A DNA stretch of 64,000 bases. It comes from Alphaproteobacteria bacterium (GTDB lineage Bacteria; Pseudomonadota; Alphaproteobacteria; Rs-D84). The notes beneath the pieces are model-generated. The model ran no database searches and was not told where the DNA came from. It saw nothing but the letters and a program-made list of their open reading frames with translations. The translations under genes and the position numbers were made by a program. Where the stretch lies: NCBI GenBank assembly GCA_033345275.1, contig JAWPOF010000012.1, forward strand, positions 32,443 through 96,442, given 5' to 3'. Of the stretch, positions 1 to 8,292 are shown piece after piece; positions within the stretch are counted from its first letter, which is position 1, and every line of letters starts with the position of its first letter.

Positions 1-222
1 AAAACCGTCACATATGCTGTGTTCAGTGTCGAAGATGGTGTGACCATTGAACAAATTGGCGCGGCGGTTGCGGTGGAAAATAAAAAGGTAGCAAGTTATA
101 AGTGGGTGACCCATTTCGCCATCACGACCGAAGATTTACCTTTGACCAGCACGCAAAAGGTTAAACACCATGTTGTGCGTCAGAATCTTATTGAGGGCAA
201 GTATCCAGACCGCCACGAGTAA
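1..222 (+). CDS. C-terminal end of an AMP-binding enzyme (long-chain acyl-CoA synthetase-like), partial
   Basis: Open frame from window edge; ends with LPLTSTQKVKHH, resembling the adenylate-forming A10 motif (LPxTxTxKxxR). Confidence 0.6.
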   Translation, partial: KTVTYAVFSVEDGVTIEQIGAAVAVENKKVASYKWVTHFAITTEDLPLTSTQKVKHHVVRQNLIEGKYPDRHE

Positions 223-330
223 AAATTAAATCTAATGGCATATCTAAAGCGGGTTGGCAATGGCTCATGTAACTTCTGTACACTACGCCATTGTCAACCC
301 GTTTATCTATACCATTATCTTTAATTTTTA
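220..330. repeat. Long imperfect palindromic element, copy 1
   Basis: ~45-bp stem with two ATCT/ATCT internal loops and 22-nt core TCATGTAACTTCTGTACACTAC; near-identical copy at 10718-10822. Confidence 0.85.
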
Positions 331-403
331 ATATTTGATTTGATTGTAATCTTTGTTTTATAATGTTTACGAATAAGTGGCTGTGTAGACAATGAGGGGT
401 GAT

Positions 404-781
404 ATGAAAAAAATATTTTTAACAACGGGGTTATTATCAATTTTAAATGCACCGGCAATGGCAGAAGTAAAATGGTTTATTGATGTTGTGGGTACAAAAT
501 GTGAATTTGTTGCAATTGGTTATCATGATAAAGATGAATCATATTTGGTAAAATGTCCAATTGTTCCAGAGCTGGCAGTATTACAAAAGGCGGCTCCTGA
601 TTCTATGTTCATAGAAGGTGTTTTTGCAAATATATCTATGGCAACTTATGCAGAAAATAAGGATGTTATTTGGGTAAATGTAGTGCCAAATGATTGTGAT
701 GGAAAAACTGGATATCGTGTGTTAGTAAATGAACCTGTGTTTGATGGTAATACGTTATATTCGGTTATAAGATGTGAATAA
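404..781 (+). CDS. Secreted hypothetical protein (AT-rich orphan)
   Basis: MKKIFLTTGLLSILNAPAMA signal peptide, SD-like GAGGGG upstream, 4 Cys. Confidence 0.7.
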   Translation: MKKIFLTTGLLSILNAPAMAEVKWFIDVVGTKCEFVAIGYHDKDESYLVKCPIVPELAVLQKAAPDSMFIEGVFANISMATYAENKDVIWVNVVPNDCDGKTGYRVLVNEPVFDGNTLYSVIRCE

Positions 782-807
782 AAAAAACGCCCGTTTGGGC
801 GTTTTTT
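781..807. terminator. Bidirectional intrinsic terminator
   Basis: AAAAAAACGCCC-GTTT-GGGCGTTTTTT between convergent genes. Confidence 0.8.
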
Positions 808-2140
808 ATTTTCCCAAACACAGTTGACCGAATGTTTTGTCCAGGACTTCGGTTGTGGTGATTGTGCCCAATATTTTGCCAATTGCGTCCGCCACGTGGC
901 GCGTGTGTTCGGCAAATATGTCATAGTTGTCATCGGCATCCAATGCCGCGCCCAATTCGTCGCGGGCGGATTCCAGTAATGATTTTGTGCGCGCGTTGAT
1001 TGTCAGGGCGTTTTCCGACCCATCCATGATTTCGTGAATTTTTGCGCGCAACGCGGACATTAATTCATTCATGCCGTCGCCTGTTCGGGCAGATGTATAA
1101 ATTACATCTTTTGTATCATGTGTGTTGGTTGTGTCCGATTTATTTATAACAATAATTTCGTTGTTGTGAAAATTGCTCTGTATCACGGATTCAGGCGTAT
1201 AGACATGGATTATAATATCCGCATTTTCGATTTCATTTTTTGTGCGTTCAATGCCGATTGATTCAATTTCGTCGTCTGTTTCACGCAGCCCCGCCGTATC
1301 GGACAGGTTGATTAAATAACCGTCCAGGTCCAGGTTTATTGACACAACGTCGCGTGTGGTGCCGGCAATGTCAGACACAATTGCGCGGTTAGACCCCGCC
1401 AGATAATTAAATATTGATGATTTACCGACATTTGTTTCGCCGACCAATGCGACATTTATGCCACCACGAATTGCACGTGATGTGTGATAATTATTCAGCG
1501 CGGTGTTTATTTCGTTATATAATTTTTCTGTGCGTGTGTGAATTGTTTCGCCAATGTTTGCAGGCAGGTCGTCCGGGCTGTAATCCAGGATTGCCGCCGC
1601 ATACGCCGATATTTCAACCATTTGTTCGCGCCAGGTGCTGTAAATTTCGCTGTCGCGGCCCAGCATAGATTTTAATGCGTGTTTGCGCTGAATGTCTGTT
1701 TGTGCGTCCAGCAACGCCGCCAGGCCATCAATATCCGCCAAATCCATTTTGTTATTATAAAATGCGCGACGTGAAAATTCACCGGGGGTCGCCATGCGCA
1801 TGCCCAATGTTTTCAGGTATTCAAATGTCGCGTTAATTGTGGCCGGTGCGCCGTGTGTGTGTAGTTCAATAATATCCGTGCCGGTAAAACTGTGTGGGGC
1901 GGGAAAATATATGGCCAGACATTGGTCAATTAAATCCCCCGCGGTGTCCGTCAAATTACAAAAGTATGCGTGGCGGGTTTTGACCACTACCCCGTCGGCG
2001 GTTGCCGACACCCCTTCGCCTGCGAAGGGGAATACAAAGCGCGTAAATGTGTCGCGCAGATTGTCGCCCGATATGCGAATTACTGCAACGCCGGATTTAC
2101 CATGCCCAGATGATAGTGCAAAAATTGTGTCGTTATTCAT
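806..2140 (-). CDS. mnmE: tRNA modification GTPase MnmE
   Basis: DTIFALSS, SFTGTD..E.H.HG, GETNVGKSS, AGTTRD, DTAGLR, C-terminal FGQLCLGK. Confidence 0.96.
   Translation of the reverse strand: MNNDTIFALSSGHGKSGVAVIRISGDNLRDTFTRFVFPFAGEGVSATADGVVVKTRHAYFCNLTDTAGDLIDQCLAIYFPAPHSFTGTDIIELHTHGAPATINATFEYLKTLGMRMATPGEFSRRAFYNNKMDLADIDGLAALLDAQTDIQRKHALKSMLGRDSEIYSTWREQMVEISAYAAAILDYSPDDLPANIGETIHTRTEKLYNEINTALNNYHTSRAIRGGINVALVGETNVGKSSIFNYLAGSNRAIVSDIAGTTRDVVSINLDLDGYLINLSDTAGLRETDDEIESIGIERTKNEIENADIIIHVYTPESVIQSNFHNNEIIVINKSDTTNTHDTKDVIYTSARTGDGMNELMSALRAKIHEIMDGSENALTINARTKSLLESARDELGAALDADDNYDIFAEHTRHVADAIGKILGTITTTEVLDKTFGQLCLGK
1983..2032. repeat. Double-hairpin REP-like element inside mnmE
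   Basis: GTCGGC-GGTT-GCCGAC followed by CCCCTTCGC-CT-GCGAAGGGG; GC-rich patch in the coding sequence. Confidence 0.65.
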
Positions 2141-3353
2141 GTTGTGATGCCTGATGTTTTATTAAATCCATTTCCATTTTGCGGGCGATTTGGGATACCC
2201 GTTCGACAATGCCGGTGGGGTTGATTACTTTGCCGCCCATGGGATGCTGGGATGCGGTTTGCTGCATGATTTCAATTAATTCATCCTGCCAATTTTCGCG
2301 GGTGCAGAATATTGTGTTGCCCTGTAGTGCGCATGCAAAAACCCCCGCCAGGTATGGTGCTGCAGATGAGTCGCCGCCATTTGGGTCAAAACGCACATCT
2401 TGGTGGTGGTCAATATGCGACATGTTGCGTGTTGGAATACTGATTAAATCTGGTGATTTTACAAATCGTTCGAATATGGGTTGGTTTGGGTTGCGATTGC
2501 TGAATTCTTGGTCGTGCCAATGAATTGTTTGATAGCCATGTTGTTTTAGTATTTGTTCGATTTGGCCGCGTTGTTCAATGTCGTTTTGTTCCGTTGGGGT
2601 GGGTGAACAATGTATTATTTGAATTCCAAGATTATGTAATTGTTGTATAAGTTCATATACCTTTGCGATTTGTTCGGTGGTGGCGCGTTGACCGCTGGTA
2701 TTGGCGCGCAAGCCAAAACTGCATGATAAAATGTGAATTCGTTCAGATTCGGGGGCGTTTTTTTGGTATTCCAAGACACGTTCAAATGCATCTATATTAG
2801 AGTCAAAGAAATTTGTTTCGCGATTTTTTGCAACATTAAAATAATATAAATTGGCATCAGGGGCCGTGCCTGTATTTTTGCCAACGGCGCGACATGCAAC
2901 CAGGGGACCGTGGTGTTCAGGGGTCGTGTTTGATGTCTGTATTTTTGTGCTGTGGGAAATTAATTTTATTTGATTGCTGTATTCTGGATTTGTTGCGTCG
3001 ATTTGACCGTCTATGATGGCGATATTAATGCCGTGTCCTGTTTTTCCAGATTGGTGCAAGTCTTCGATTAACCGTGGTCGCATAGATGATTCAAGCAGTT
3101 TTTGTGGGCTAAAGTTCGCAGGCATTTTATCAGGCGTTGGCCATATGACATTGTTTGTCCATGGGTGGGTTTTGTTTCCATCATAGTCATAAAACAAATC
3201 GCCGTGTTCGCGTAAATCCAGTGCAGATAAATCGTGGTAATTTAACGCATAGACTTTATTTAATTCATCAATTGTTTTGATTTTGGTATATGGATTAATG
3301 CGATATTTAATCGTACGAATTGCATCGTTAATTTTCTTGATAAAATCGACCAT
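2133..3353 (-). CDS. S8 (subtilisin-like) serine peptidase, no signal peptide
   Basis: Catalytic motifs IAIIDG, HHGPLVA, GGDSSAAPYLAG. Confidence 0.85.
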   Translation of the reverse strand: MVDFIKKINDAIRTIKYRINPYTKIKTIDELNKVYALNYHDLSALDLREHGDLFYDYDGNKTHPWTNNVIWPTPDKMPANFSPQKLLESSMRPRLIEDLHQSGKTGHGINIAIIDGQIDATNPEYSNQIKLISHSTKIQTSNTTPEHHGPLVACRAVGKNTGTAPDANLYYFNVAKNRETNFFDSNIDAFERVLEYQKNAPESERIHILSCSFGLRANTSGQRATTEQIAKVYELIQQLHNLGIQIIHCSPTPTEQNDIEQRGQIEQILKQHGYQTIHWHDQEFSNRNPNQPIFERFVKSPDLISIPTRNMSHIDHHQDVRFDPNGGDSSAAPYLAGVFACALQGNTIFCTRENWQDELIEIMQQTASQHPMGGKVINPTGIVERVSQIARKMEMDLIKHQASQHE

Positions 3354-3356
3354 ATC

Positions 3357-3950
3357 TTATTTCCCCTTGCTTATTTCTTTTAATGCCATGGGGACCAGTT
3401 TTGATACATCCGCCGTTGGGTTCTGGTTCACCAGGTGTTGCGCCATTTCGATAATGTCCAGACGGCGATAGCCCAATGCTTCCAGCGCCATCAATAAATC
3501 AGGCAGGGCAGATGATGCAGATGTGGTTGTGCCCGCGTCCGGGGCAAACAGTGTTGCAGACACCCCACCGATTTTGTTCTTTAATTCAACAATGATTTTT
3601 TCCGCCATCTTTTTGCCGACGCCCGGGGCTGTCGCAATTGTTTTTGCGTCACCAGTCGCGATCGCAGACATTAATGTGTCGGAATTTATTGTGCCAAGTA
3701 TGGCCAGTGCAACCTTAGGTCCCACGCCGGAAACGGCGGTCAGCATATTAAACAGGTTTTGTCCGTTCAGGGTTGTAAAGCCAAACAGGCGGATGGAATC
3801 TTCGCGGACAACCGTTTCAATCCACAGTTCAACCGTCGATTTGTGGGTCAGGTATTCGGCGGTGAATACTTTGTAGCCAACACCGTTCACCAATAAAATC
3901 ACAAATCCGTCGCCGATATGGTCAACTATGCCTTGCAATTTGCCAATCAT
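3357..3950 (-). CDS. ruvA: Holliday junction branch migration protein RuvA
   Basis: MIGKLQG, VNGVGY, VREDSIRLFGF, VSGVGPKVAL, ALEALGY. Confidence 0.96.
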   Translation of the reverse strand: MIGKLQGIVDHIGDGFVILLVNGVGYKVFTAEYLTHKSTVELWIETVVREDSIRLFGFTTLNGQNLFNMLTAVSGVGPKVALAILGTINSDTLMSAIATGDAKTIATAPGVGKKMAEKIIVELKNKIGGVSATLFAPDAGTTTSASSALPDLLMALEALGYRRLDIIEMAQHLVNQNPTADVSKLVPMALKEISKGK

Positions 3951-4000
3951 TTGTTATCCTTTTGGGGTAATTTTAATCTAAATAAATAAAAAGGTCAAAT

Positions 4001-4717
4001 ATGAGTGGACACAGTAAATGGCACAATATTCAGCATAAAAAGGGCGCAGCCGACGCGGCACGCAGTGGGCTGTTCACAAAACTGGCGCGTGAAATTACCA
4101 TGGCGGCAAAGTTGGGGGATAAAAACCCAGATAACAATCCACGCCTGCGTTTGGCAATTTTAACCGCGCGCAAGAATTCTATGCCGAACGACAATATCAA
4201 ACGCGCAATTGACAAGGCGTCGGGTTCAAATACTGAAAATTACGAAGCGGTGCGCTATGAAGGTTATGGCCCAGGTGCGGTGCCAGTTATTGTAGAGGCA
4301 TTAACCGATAACCCACGTCGGACTGTGCCGGAAATTCGCAATATCTTTGGCAAAAATGGCGGAAATATGGGCGAAGAAGGTTCTGTTGTGTTTATGTTCA
4401 CACGCGCGGGCCAGATTATGTACCCCGCATCAATCGGTAAAACCGAAGATGAAATGATGGAAATTATTATGGAGGCCAATGCCGATAATTTGGAGGCGTC
4501 TGAAGAAGGATTTATCATCACAACCAAACCAGAAGATTTTATCACAGTACAAAAATATCTGGCCGATAAATTGGGTGAACCAGAACAGGCTGAATTGACT
4601 TGGTTGCCAAATATGCCAATGGATTTGGACGATGAAGCCTATGCCAAGTTGGAAAAGTTGGTGGATGCGCTGGATGCCAATGATGATGTGCAGAAGGTTT
4701 TCACCGCTGCAGAATAA
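4001..4717 (+). CDS. yebC: YebC/PmpR family protein
   Basis: MSGHSKWHNIQHKKG, NPRLR, YEGYGPG, DDVQKVF. Confidence 0.96.
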   Translation: MSGHSKWHNIQHKKGAADAARSGLFTKLAREITMAAKLGDKNPDNNPRLRLAILTARKNSMPNDNIKRAIDKASGSNTENYEAVRYEGYGPGAVPVIVEALTDNPRRTVPEIRNIFGKNGGNMGEEGSVVFMFTRAGQIMYPASIGKTEDEMMEIIMEANADNLEASEEGFIITTKPEDFITVQKYLADKLGEPEQAELTWLPNMPMDLDDEAYAKLEKLVDALDANDDVQKVFTAAE

Positions 4718-4817
4718 ACAAAAATAATTCATCTAAAAACAAAAACGACAACGCAGTGTACAGAAGCTACATAAGTTGTCGGTTTTGTTTTTATCTAAAA
4801 CATTTTTGTTTATTCTG
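4710..4817. repeat. Long imperfect palindromic element, copy 3 (core inverted, different stem)
   Basis: Perfect 16-bp outer stem CAGAATAAACAAAAAT/ATTTTTGTTTATTCTG, ATCT/ATCT loop, 18-bp inner stem, core GCAGTGTACAGAAGCTACATAA. Confidence 0.8.
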
Positions 4818-4844
4818 TTTCAAGTGCAAGGGGGATATTACTGA

Positions 4845-4873
4845 TTGACTTTTTGTGGAGATGGTAATAATAT
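4845..4873 (+). promoter_or_regulatory. Sigma70-like promoter for the thrS leader
   Basis: TTGACT-N17-TAATAT; leader ATG lies 7 nt after the -10. Confidence 0.6.
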
Positions 4874-4880
4874 TGATGTT

Positions 4881-4937
4881 ATGAAAATGTTTGGTTTGTT
4901 CTTTATGACAACTACTACAACCCCGTTGGGGGTATAA
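4881..4937 (+). CDS. Thr-rich leader peptide MKMFGLFFMTTTTTPLGV upstream of thrS
   Basis: Five consecutive Thr codons ACA ACT ACT ACA ACC; 78 nt upstream of the thrS ATG. Confidence 0.85.
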   Translation: MKMFGLFFMTTTTTPLGV

Positions 4938-4943
4938 ATTCTA

Positions 4944-4972
4944 TTGCGGTGCGTGGCACAAATTCTTATAAT
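4944..4972 (+). promoter_or_regulatory. Second sigma70-like promoter between the leader and thrS
   Basis: TTGCGG-N17-TATAAT. Confidence 0.55.
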
Positions 4973-5015
4973 CAAACAGTTAATTAATTCAAGAAAATAT
5001 AAAAAGGTTTTTGTT

Positions 5016-6749
5016 ATGGCATATGATATCGAATTAATGCGTCATTCGTTGGCACACGTTATGGCGGCGGCGGTTAAAAAATTACACCCAGAGGTTAAGT
5101 TTGCGGGCGGTCCCGCGATTGAAAATGGGTTCTATTATGACTTTGATACAGAATATCGTTTTTCCGAAGATGATTTTGAAAAAATCGAAAAGGAAATGCG
5201 CGATTTAATCAAATCTAATGGCCGTTTTGAACAGAGAAATGTTAGTCTGGACGAGGCCAAGGAAATCTTTGCAGACCAACCATATAAAATGGAATGGTTG
5301 AACGAATATGATGCGGCGGGCGAAGCGTTGTCGATTTATACTTTCCGTGATTTTGTTGATTTGTGTCGTGGGCCACACGTGGAAAGTTCCAAGGATTTGC
5401 CACGTGATTCTTTCAAAATTCGCAGCGTTGCCGGTGCGTATTGGAAGGGGGATTCGAAAAACAAAATGTTGCAGCGTATCTATGTGGACGCATTTGCAAC
5501 ACGCGAAGAATTAGAAGCGTTCCTTAAAATGCAGGAAGAGGCCGCCGCGCGTGATAATCGTAAATTAGGTAAAGATATGGATTTGTTCCATTTTGAACCG
5601 GAATATGCGCCGGGTTCAGTTTTCTGGCATGACAAAGGGTACAAGATGTATCGCCGTCTGATCGAATATGTACGTGCGCGCCAGGAACGGGCAGGGTACC
5701 AGGAAATTTCAACGCCGGCCGTTATGGACAGATGTCTGTGGGAACGCAGCGGGCACTGGGCAAAGTATGGTGAACATAACTATTCGGGTAAAACTCAGGA
5801 TGGCAAGGTATTCTGTATCAAACCAATGTCGTGCCCGGGTGGTATGTTGGTGTTTGGACATGGATTGCGTTCGTACAAAGATTTGCCGTTGTATATGGCA
5901 GAATTTGGCAAGGTTCATCGTTACGAGGCGGCAGGTGGTTTGTCGGGGCTGATGCGTGTGCGTGAATTTACCCAGGACGATGCGCATATTTTCTGTACAG
6001 AAGAACAGTTAGAAGAAGAAGTTGTCAAAATCTTGCGCTTTATCAAAGATATTTATGGGAAATTTGGTTTTGATAAAATTACCATGAAATTGGCAACGCG
6101 TAAAGAATCTGAATTCCGTATTGGGTCGGACGAAATCTGGGACAAGGCTGAAGGTGCACTAAAGCGCGCGTTGGATGCGAATGGGATTGAATACGAAATT
6201 GCCGAAGGGGATGCAGCATTCTATGGGCCAAAAATTGATAACTATCTGCGCGATTCTATGGGGCGCGTATGGCAGTGCGGTACGGTTCAATTAGATATGA
6301 ATCTGCCGGAACGGTTTGATTTGAGTTATGTTGGTGAAGATGGTGAAAAGCATCGTCCGATTATGTTGCATCGTGCGATGTTGGGATCTATTGAACGATT
6401 TATGGGTGTGTTGCTGGAATCGACGGGTGGTAATTTGCCATTGTGGTTGTCGCCAGAGCCGGTGGTTGTTGCGCCGATTTCACAAAAACATGCCGATTAC
6501 GCAAATGAAGTTGTCGAAATGTTGCATAATGCCGGTGTGAACGCGCGTGCAGATTTGAGAGATGAAAAAGTTAACTATAAAATCCGTGAATTGTCGTTGG
6601 CAAAAACGCCAATCATCGCGGTAGTCGGTGAAAAGGAAATGGCAGACAGAAATGTCACACTGCGCCGTTTGGGGGTCGAAAAACAGGAATCAATGCCACT
6701 GGATGCATTTGTTGAAATGATGAAAGATAGTGTCAAGATGCCATTGTAA
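5016..6749 (+). CDS. thrS: Threonyl-tRNA synthetase (lacks N-terminal TGS domain)
   Basis: RHSLAHVMA, DLCRGPH, KPMSCPG, MRVREFTQDDAH, AFYGPKID, HRAMLGSIERF. Confidence 0.97.
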   Translation: MAYDIELMRHSLAHVMAAAVKKLHPEVKFAGGPAIENGFYYDFDTEYRFSEDDFEKIEKEMRDLIKSNGRFEQRNVSLDEAKEIFADQPYKMEWLNEYDAAGEALSIYTFRDFVDLCRGPHVESSKDLPRDSFKIRSVAGAYWKGDSKNKMLQRIYVDAFATREELEAFLKMQEEAAARDNRKLGKDMDLFHFEPEYAPGSVFWHDKGYKMYRRLIEYVRARQERAGYQEISTPAVMDRCLWERSGHWAKYGEHNYSGKTQDGKVFCIKPMSCPGGMLVFGHGLRSYKDLPLYMAEFGKVHRYEAAGGLSGLMRVREFTQDDAHIFCTEEQLEEEVVKILRFIKDIYGKFGFDKITMKLATRKESEFRIGSDEIWDKAEGALKRALDANGIEYEIAEGDAAFYGPKIDNYLRDSMGRVWQCGTVQLDMNLPERFDLSYVGEDGEKHRPIMLHRAMLGSIERFMGVLLESTGGNLPLWLSPEPVVVAPISQKHADYANEVVEMLHNAGVNARADLRDEKVNYKIRELSLAKTPIIAVVGEKEMADRNVTLRRLGVEKQESMPLDAFVEMMKDSVKMPL

Positions 6750-6832
6750 TTAATAAGCAAAGAGCAAGGCGCAAAGAATAATTTATTTGTGATTTGGGCT
6801 TTGTCTTTGCGGAAATAATAAAAGGAACATAT

Positions 6833-6976
6833 ATGAAAAAAATAACTTTACTATTTGCTTTTTGTTCGGTGCTGGTTGTTTTGGCGGGGTGTGCAAAAAA
6901 GTGCGAGGTAGAACCAATCGTAGAACAGAATCAAAAACTGATTGTGCCACCAAATTTTGGCAATATGCCAAAGTAA
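6833..6976 (+). CDS. Small lipoprotein (DUF3035-like)
   Basis: Lipobox LAGC, LIVPPNF motif, SD AAGGA. Confidence 0.65.
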   Translation: MKKITLLFAFCSVLVVLAGCAKKCEVEPIVEQNQKLIVPPNFGNMPK

Positions 6977-7053
6977 AAAAATATGCCAAAGCATTTTGTC
7001 TTTGGCTTTTTTTGTGGTATAATATACGTAATTAACAAGAGGGAGATTTTATC

Positions 7054-7827
7054 ATGAATGATGATAACAACTTGGATTTATTAGATTTGGATGATAATGG
7101 TACTATGGATACCTTGCCAGAAGTAACACCTTTTTCAGCGCCACGTCCCAAGAAACCTTGGCTGTTGTTAAGTGTGGGGGTTATTGTTATTATTTTGGCG
7201 ACTTATGTCATTATTCGTGCAATTGGTGATGATTCTTCGTCTTCGATAGAAGTTGATTTGGATGCACCTGTTGTTATGGATGCTGGCTCGGGCGAGGCTG
7301 TGTCCGTTGATATGAATGTGATGCCTTCGGTTGAACCAGTTCAGGCGCAACCGCAACCAGTGTCTTTGCCCGCACAACAGCCGGCCCAGCAGCCTGCACA
7401 ACAATCGGCCCCGCAGCCCGAGGTTAAAGCCCAGCCAGTGGCACAACCAACTGCGGGTGTGCCTGTGCGTGTTGTAGAAGAGCGCAAGGAAGTTAAATTT
7501 AATCCAACGGCAAAACCGGCCGCAAAGCCTGCAACGAAACCAGTTGCAAAGCCCGAACAAAAAACTGTTGATAAGCCAGTCGTAGGTTCGTGGTATGTGC
7601 AATTTGGTTCGTACAGTACACGCGCGTTGGCAGAAAGTGCGCAACGTCAGATTGCTAATGCTCATAAGAGTTTGTTTGAAGGGTATCAATTTGTTATCTT
7701 GGCGGCGCAGTTGAAAGACGGCAAGACAACATATCGTTTGCGTGTTGCGTTCAAGACCGCAGCAGATGCGAATGGTTTCTGTCGGAACGCGAAGTCCGAT
7801 GGATTGGATTGTTATGTTGCACAATAA
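7054..7827 (+). CDS. SPOR domain membrane protein (FtsN-like)
   Basis: N-terminal TM, Pro/Gln linker, C-terminal WYVQFGSY...YRLRV...A..FC...C. Confidence 0.85.
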   Translation: MNDDNNLDLLDLDDNGTMDTLPEVTPFSAPRPKKPWLLLSVGVIVIILATYVIIRAIGDDSSSSIEVDLDAPVVMDAGSGEAVSVDMNVMPSVEPVQAQPQPVSLPAQQPAQQPAQQSAPQPEVKAQPVAQPTAGVPVRVVEERKEVKFNPTAKPAAKPATKPVAKPEQKTVDKPVVGSWYVQFGSYSTRALAESAQRQIANAHKSLFEGYQFVILAAQLKDGKTTYRLRVAFKTAADANGFCRNAKSDGLDCYVAQ

Positions 7828-7844
7828 GTAAATAGGAGTTACAG

Positions 7845-8084
7845 ATGTTTGGACGTTTTGGTTGGGCCGAAATTCTGGTTATAGTCGTACTGGTGGTGAT
7901 TTTGTTCGGGTCGAATAAGATTCCGGGTATGATGAAAAATTTGGCAGATGGATTGAATGTGTTCAAAAAAGAAGTCAGAAAATCCGATGCAGGTAAGCCA
8001 GAATCAAAAAAAACAGCGAAAAAGGTCACCGATAAACAGACAGCAAAAAAACGTGTCGTAAAAAAAGCGTCCGCTGGTAAATAA
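7845..8084 (+). CDS. tatA: Twin-arginine translocase TatA
   Basis: TM helix then LFGSNKIP and amphipathic helix ..FKK. Confidence 0.92.
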   Translation: MFGRFGWAEILVIVVLVVILFGSNKIPGMMKNLADGLNVFKKEVRKSDAGKPESKKTAKKVTDKQTAKKRVVKKASAGK

Positions 8085-8086
8085 GA

Positions 8087-8112
8087 AAAATCCCGCCAAA
8101 TGGCGGGATTTT
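8087..8112. terminator. Bidirectional terminator
   Basis: AAAATCCCGCC-AAAT-GGCGGGATTTT. Confidence 0.8.
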
Positions 8113-8117
8113 ATTCG

Positions 8118-8191
8118 TGGTGCCCTAAGCAAGAATCGGACTTGCGACTCGTCCTTACCAAGGACGTGTTTTACCACTAGACTATTAGGGC
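8118..8191 (-). tRNA. tRNA-Thr(GGT)
   Basis: Cloverleaf GCCCTAA/TTAGGGC, anticodon arm CGTCC-TTGGTAA-GGACG, encoded CCA; T-loop TCCGATT. Confidence 0.93.
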
Positions 8192-8262
8192 CTGGAATTG
8201 CTGTGTTTATTATACGGTTTCGGGATAAAAAATCAAGAGCAAAAGCATAATTTTTATCAGAT

Positions 8263-8290
8263 AAAACACCCCAGTTTTTCTGGGGTGTTT
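8263..8290 (-). terminator. serS terminator
   Basis: AAAACACCCCAG-TTTTT-CTGGGGTGTTTT. Confidence 0.75.
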
Positions 8291-8292
8291 TG

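Noticed and set aside
4944-5015. N-terminal extension of ThrS from the TTG at 4944
   Set aside because: The region looks like promoter and AT-rich spacer; homology and an SD-like AAGG support the ATG at 5016.
4818-5015. T-box riboswitch upstream of thrS or serS
   Set aside because: No TGGNACCGCG-type T-box sequence or terminator, and the leaders are too short.
5991-6003. TTCTGTACAGAAG resembling the hairpin core
   Set aside because: Encodes the conserved FCTEE of ThrS and has no flanking stem.
7348-7560. QQPA and AKP repeats in the SPOR protein
   Set aside because: Ordinary low-complexity periplasmic linker.
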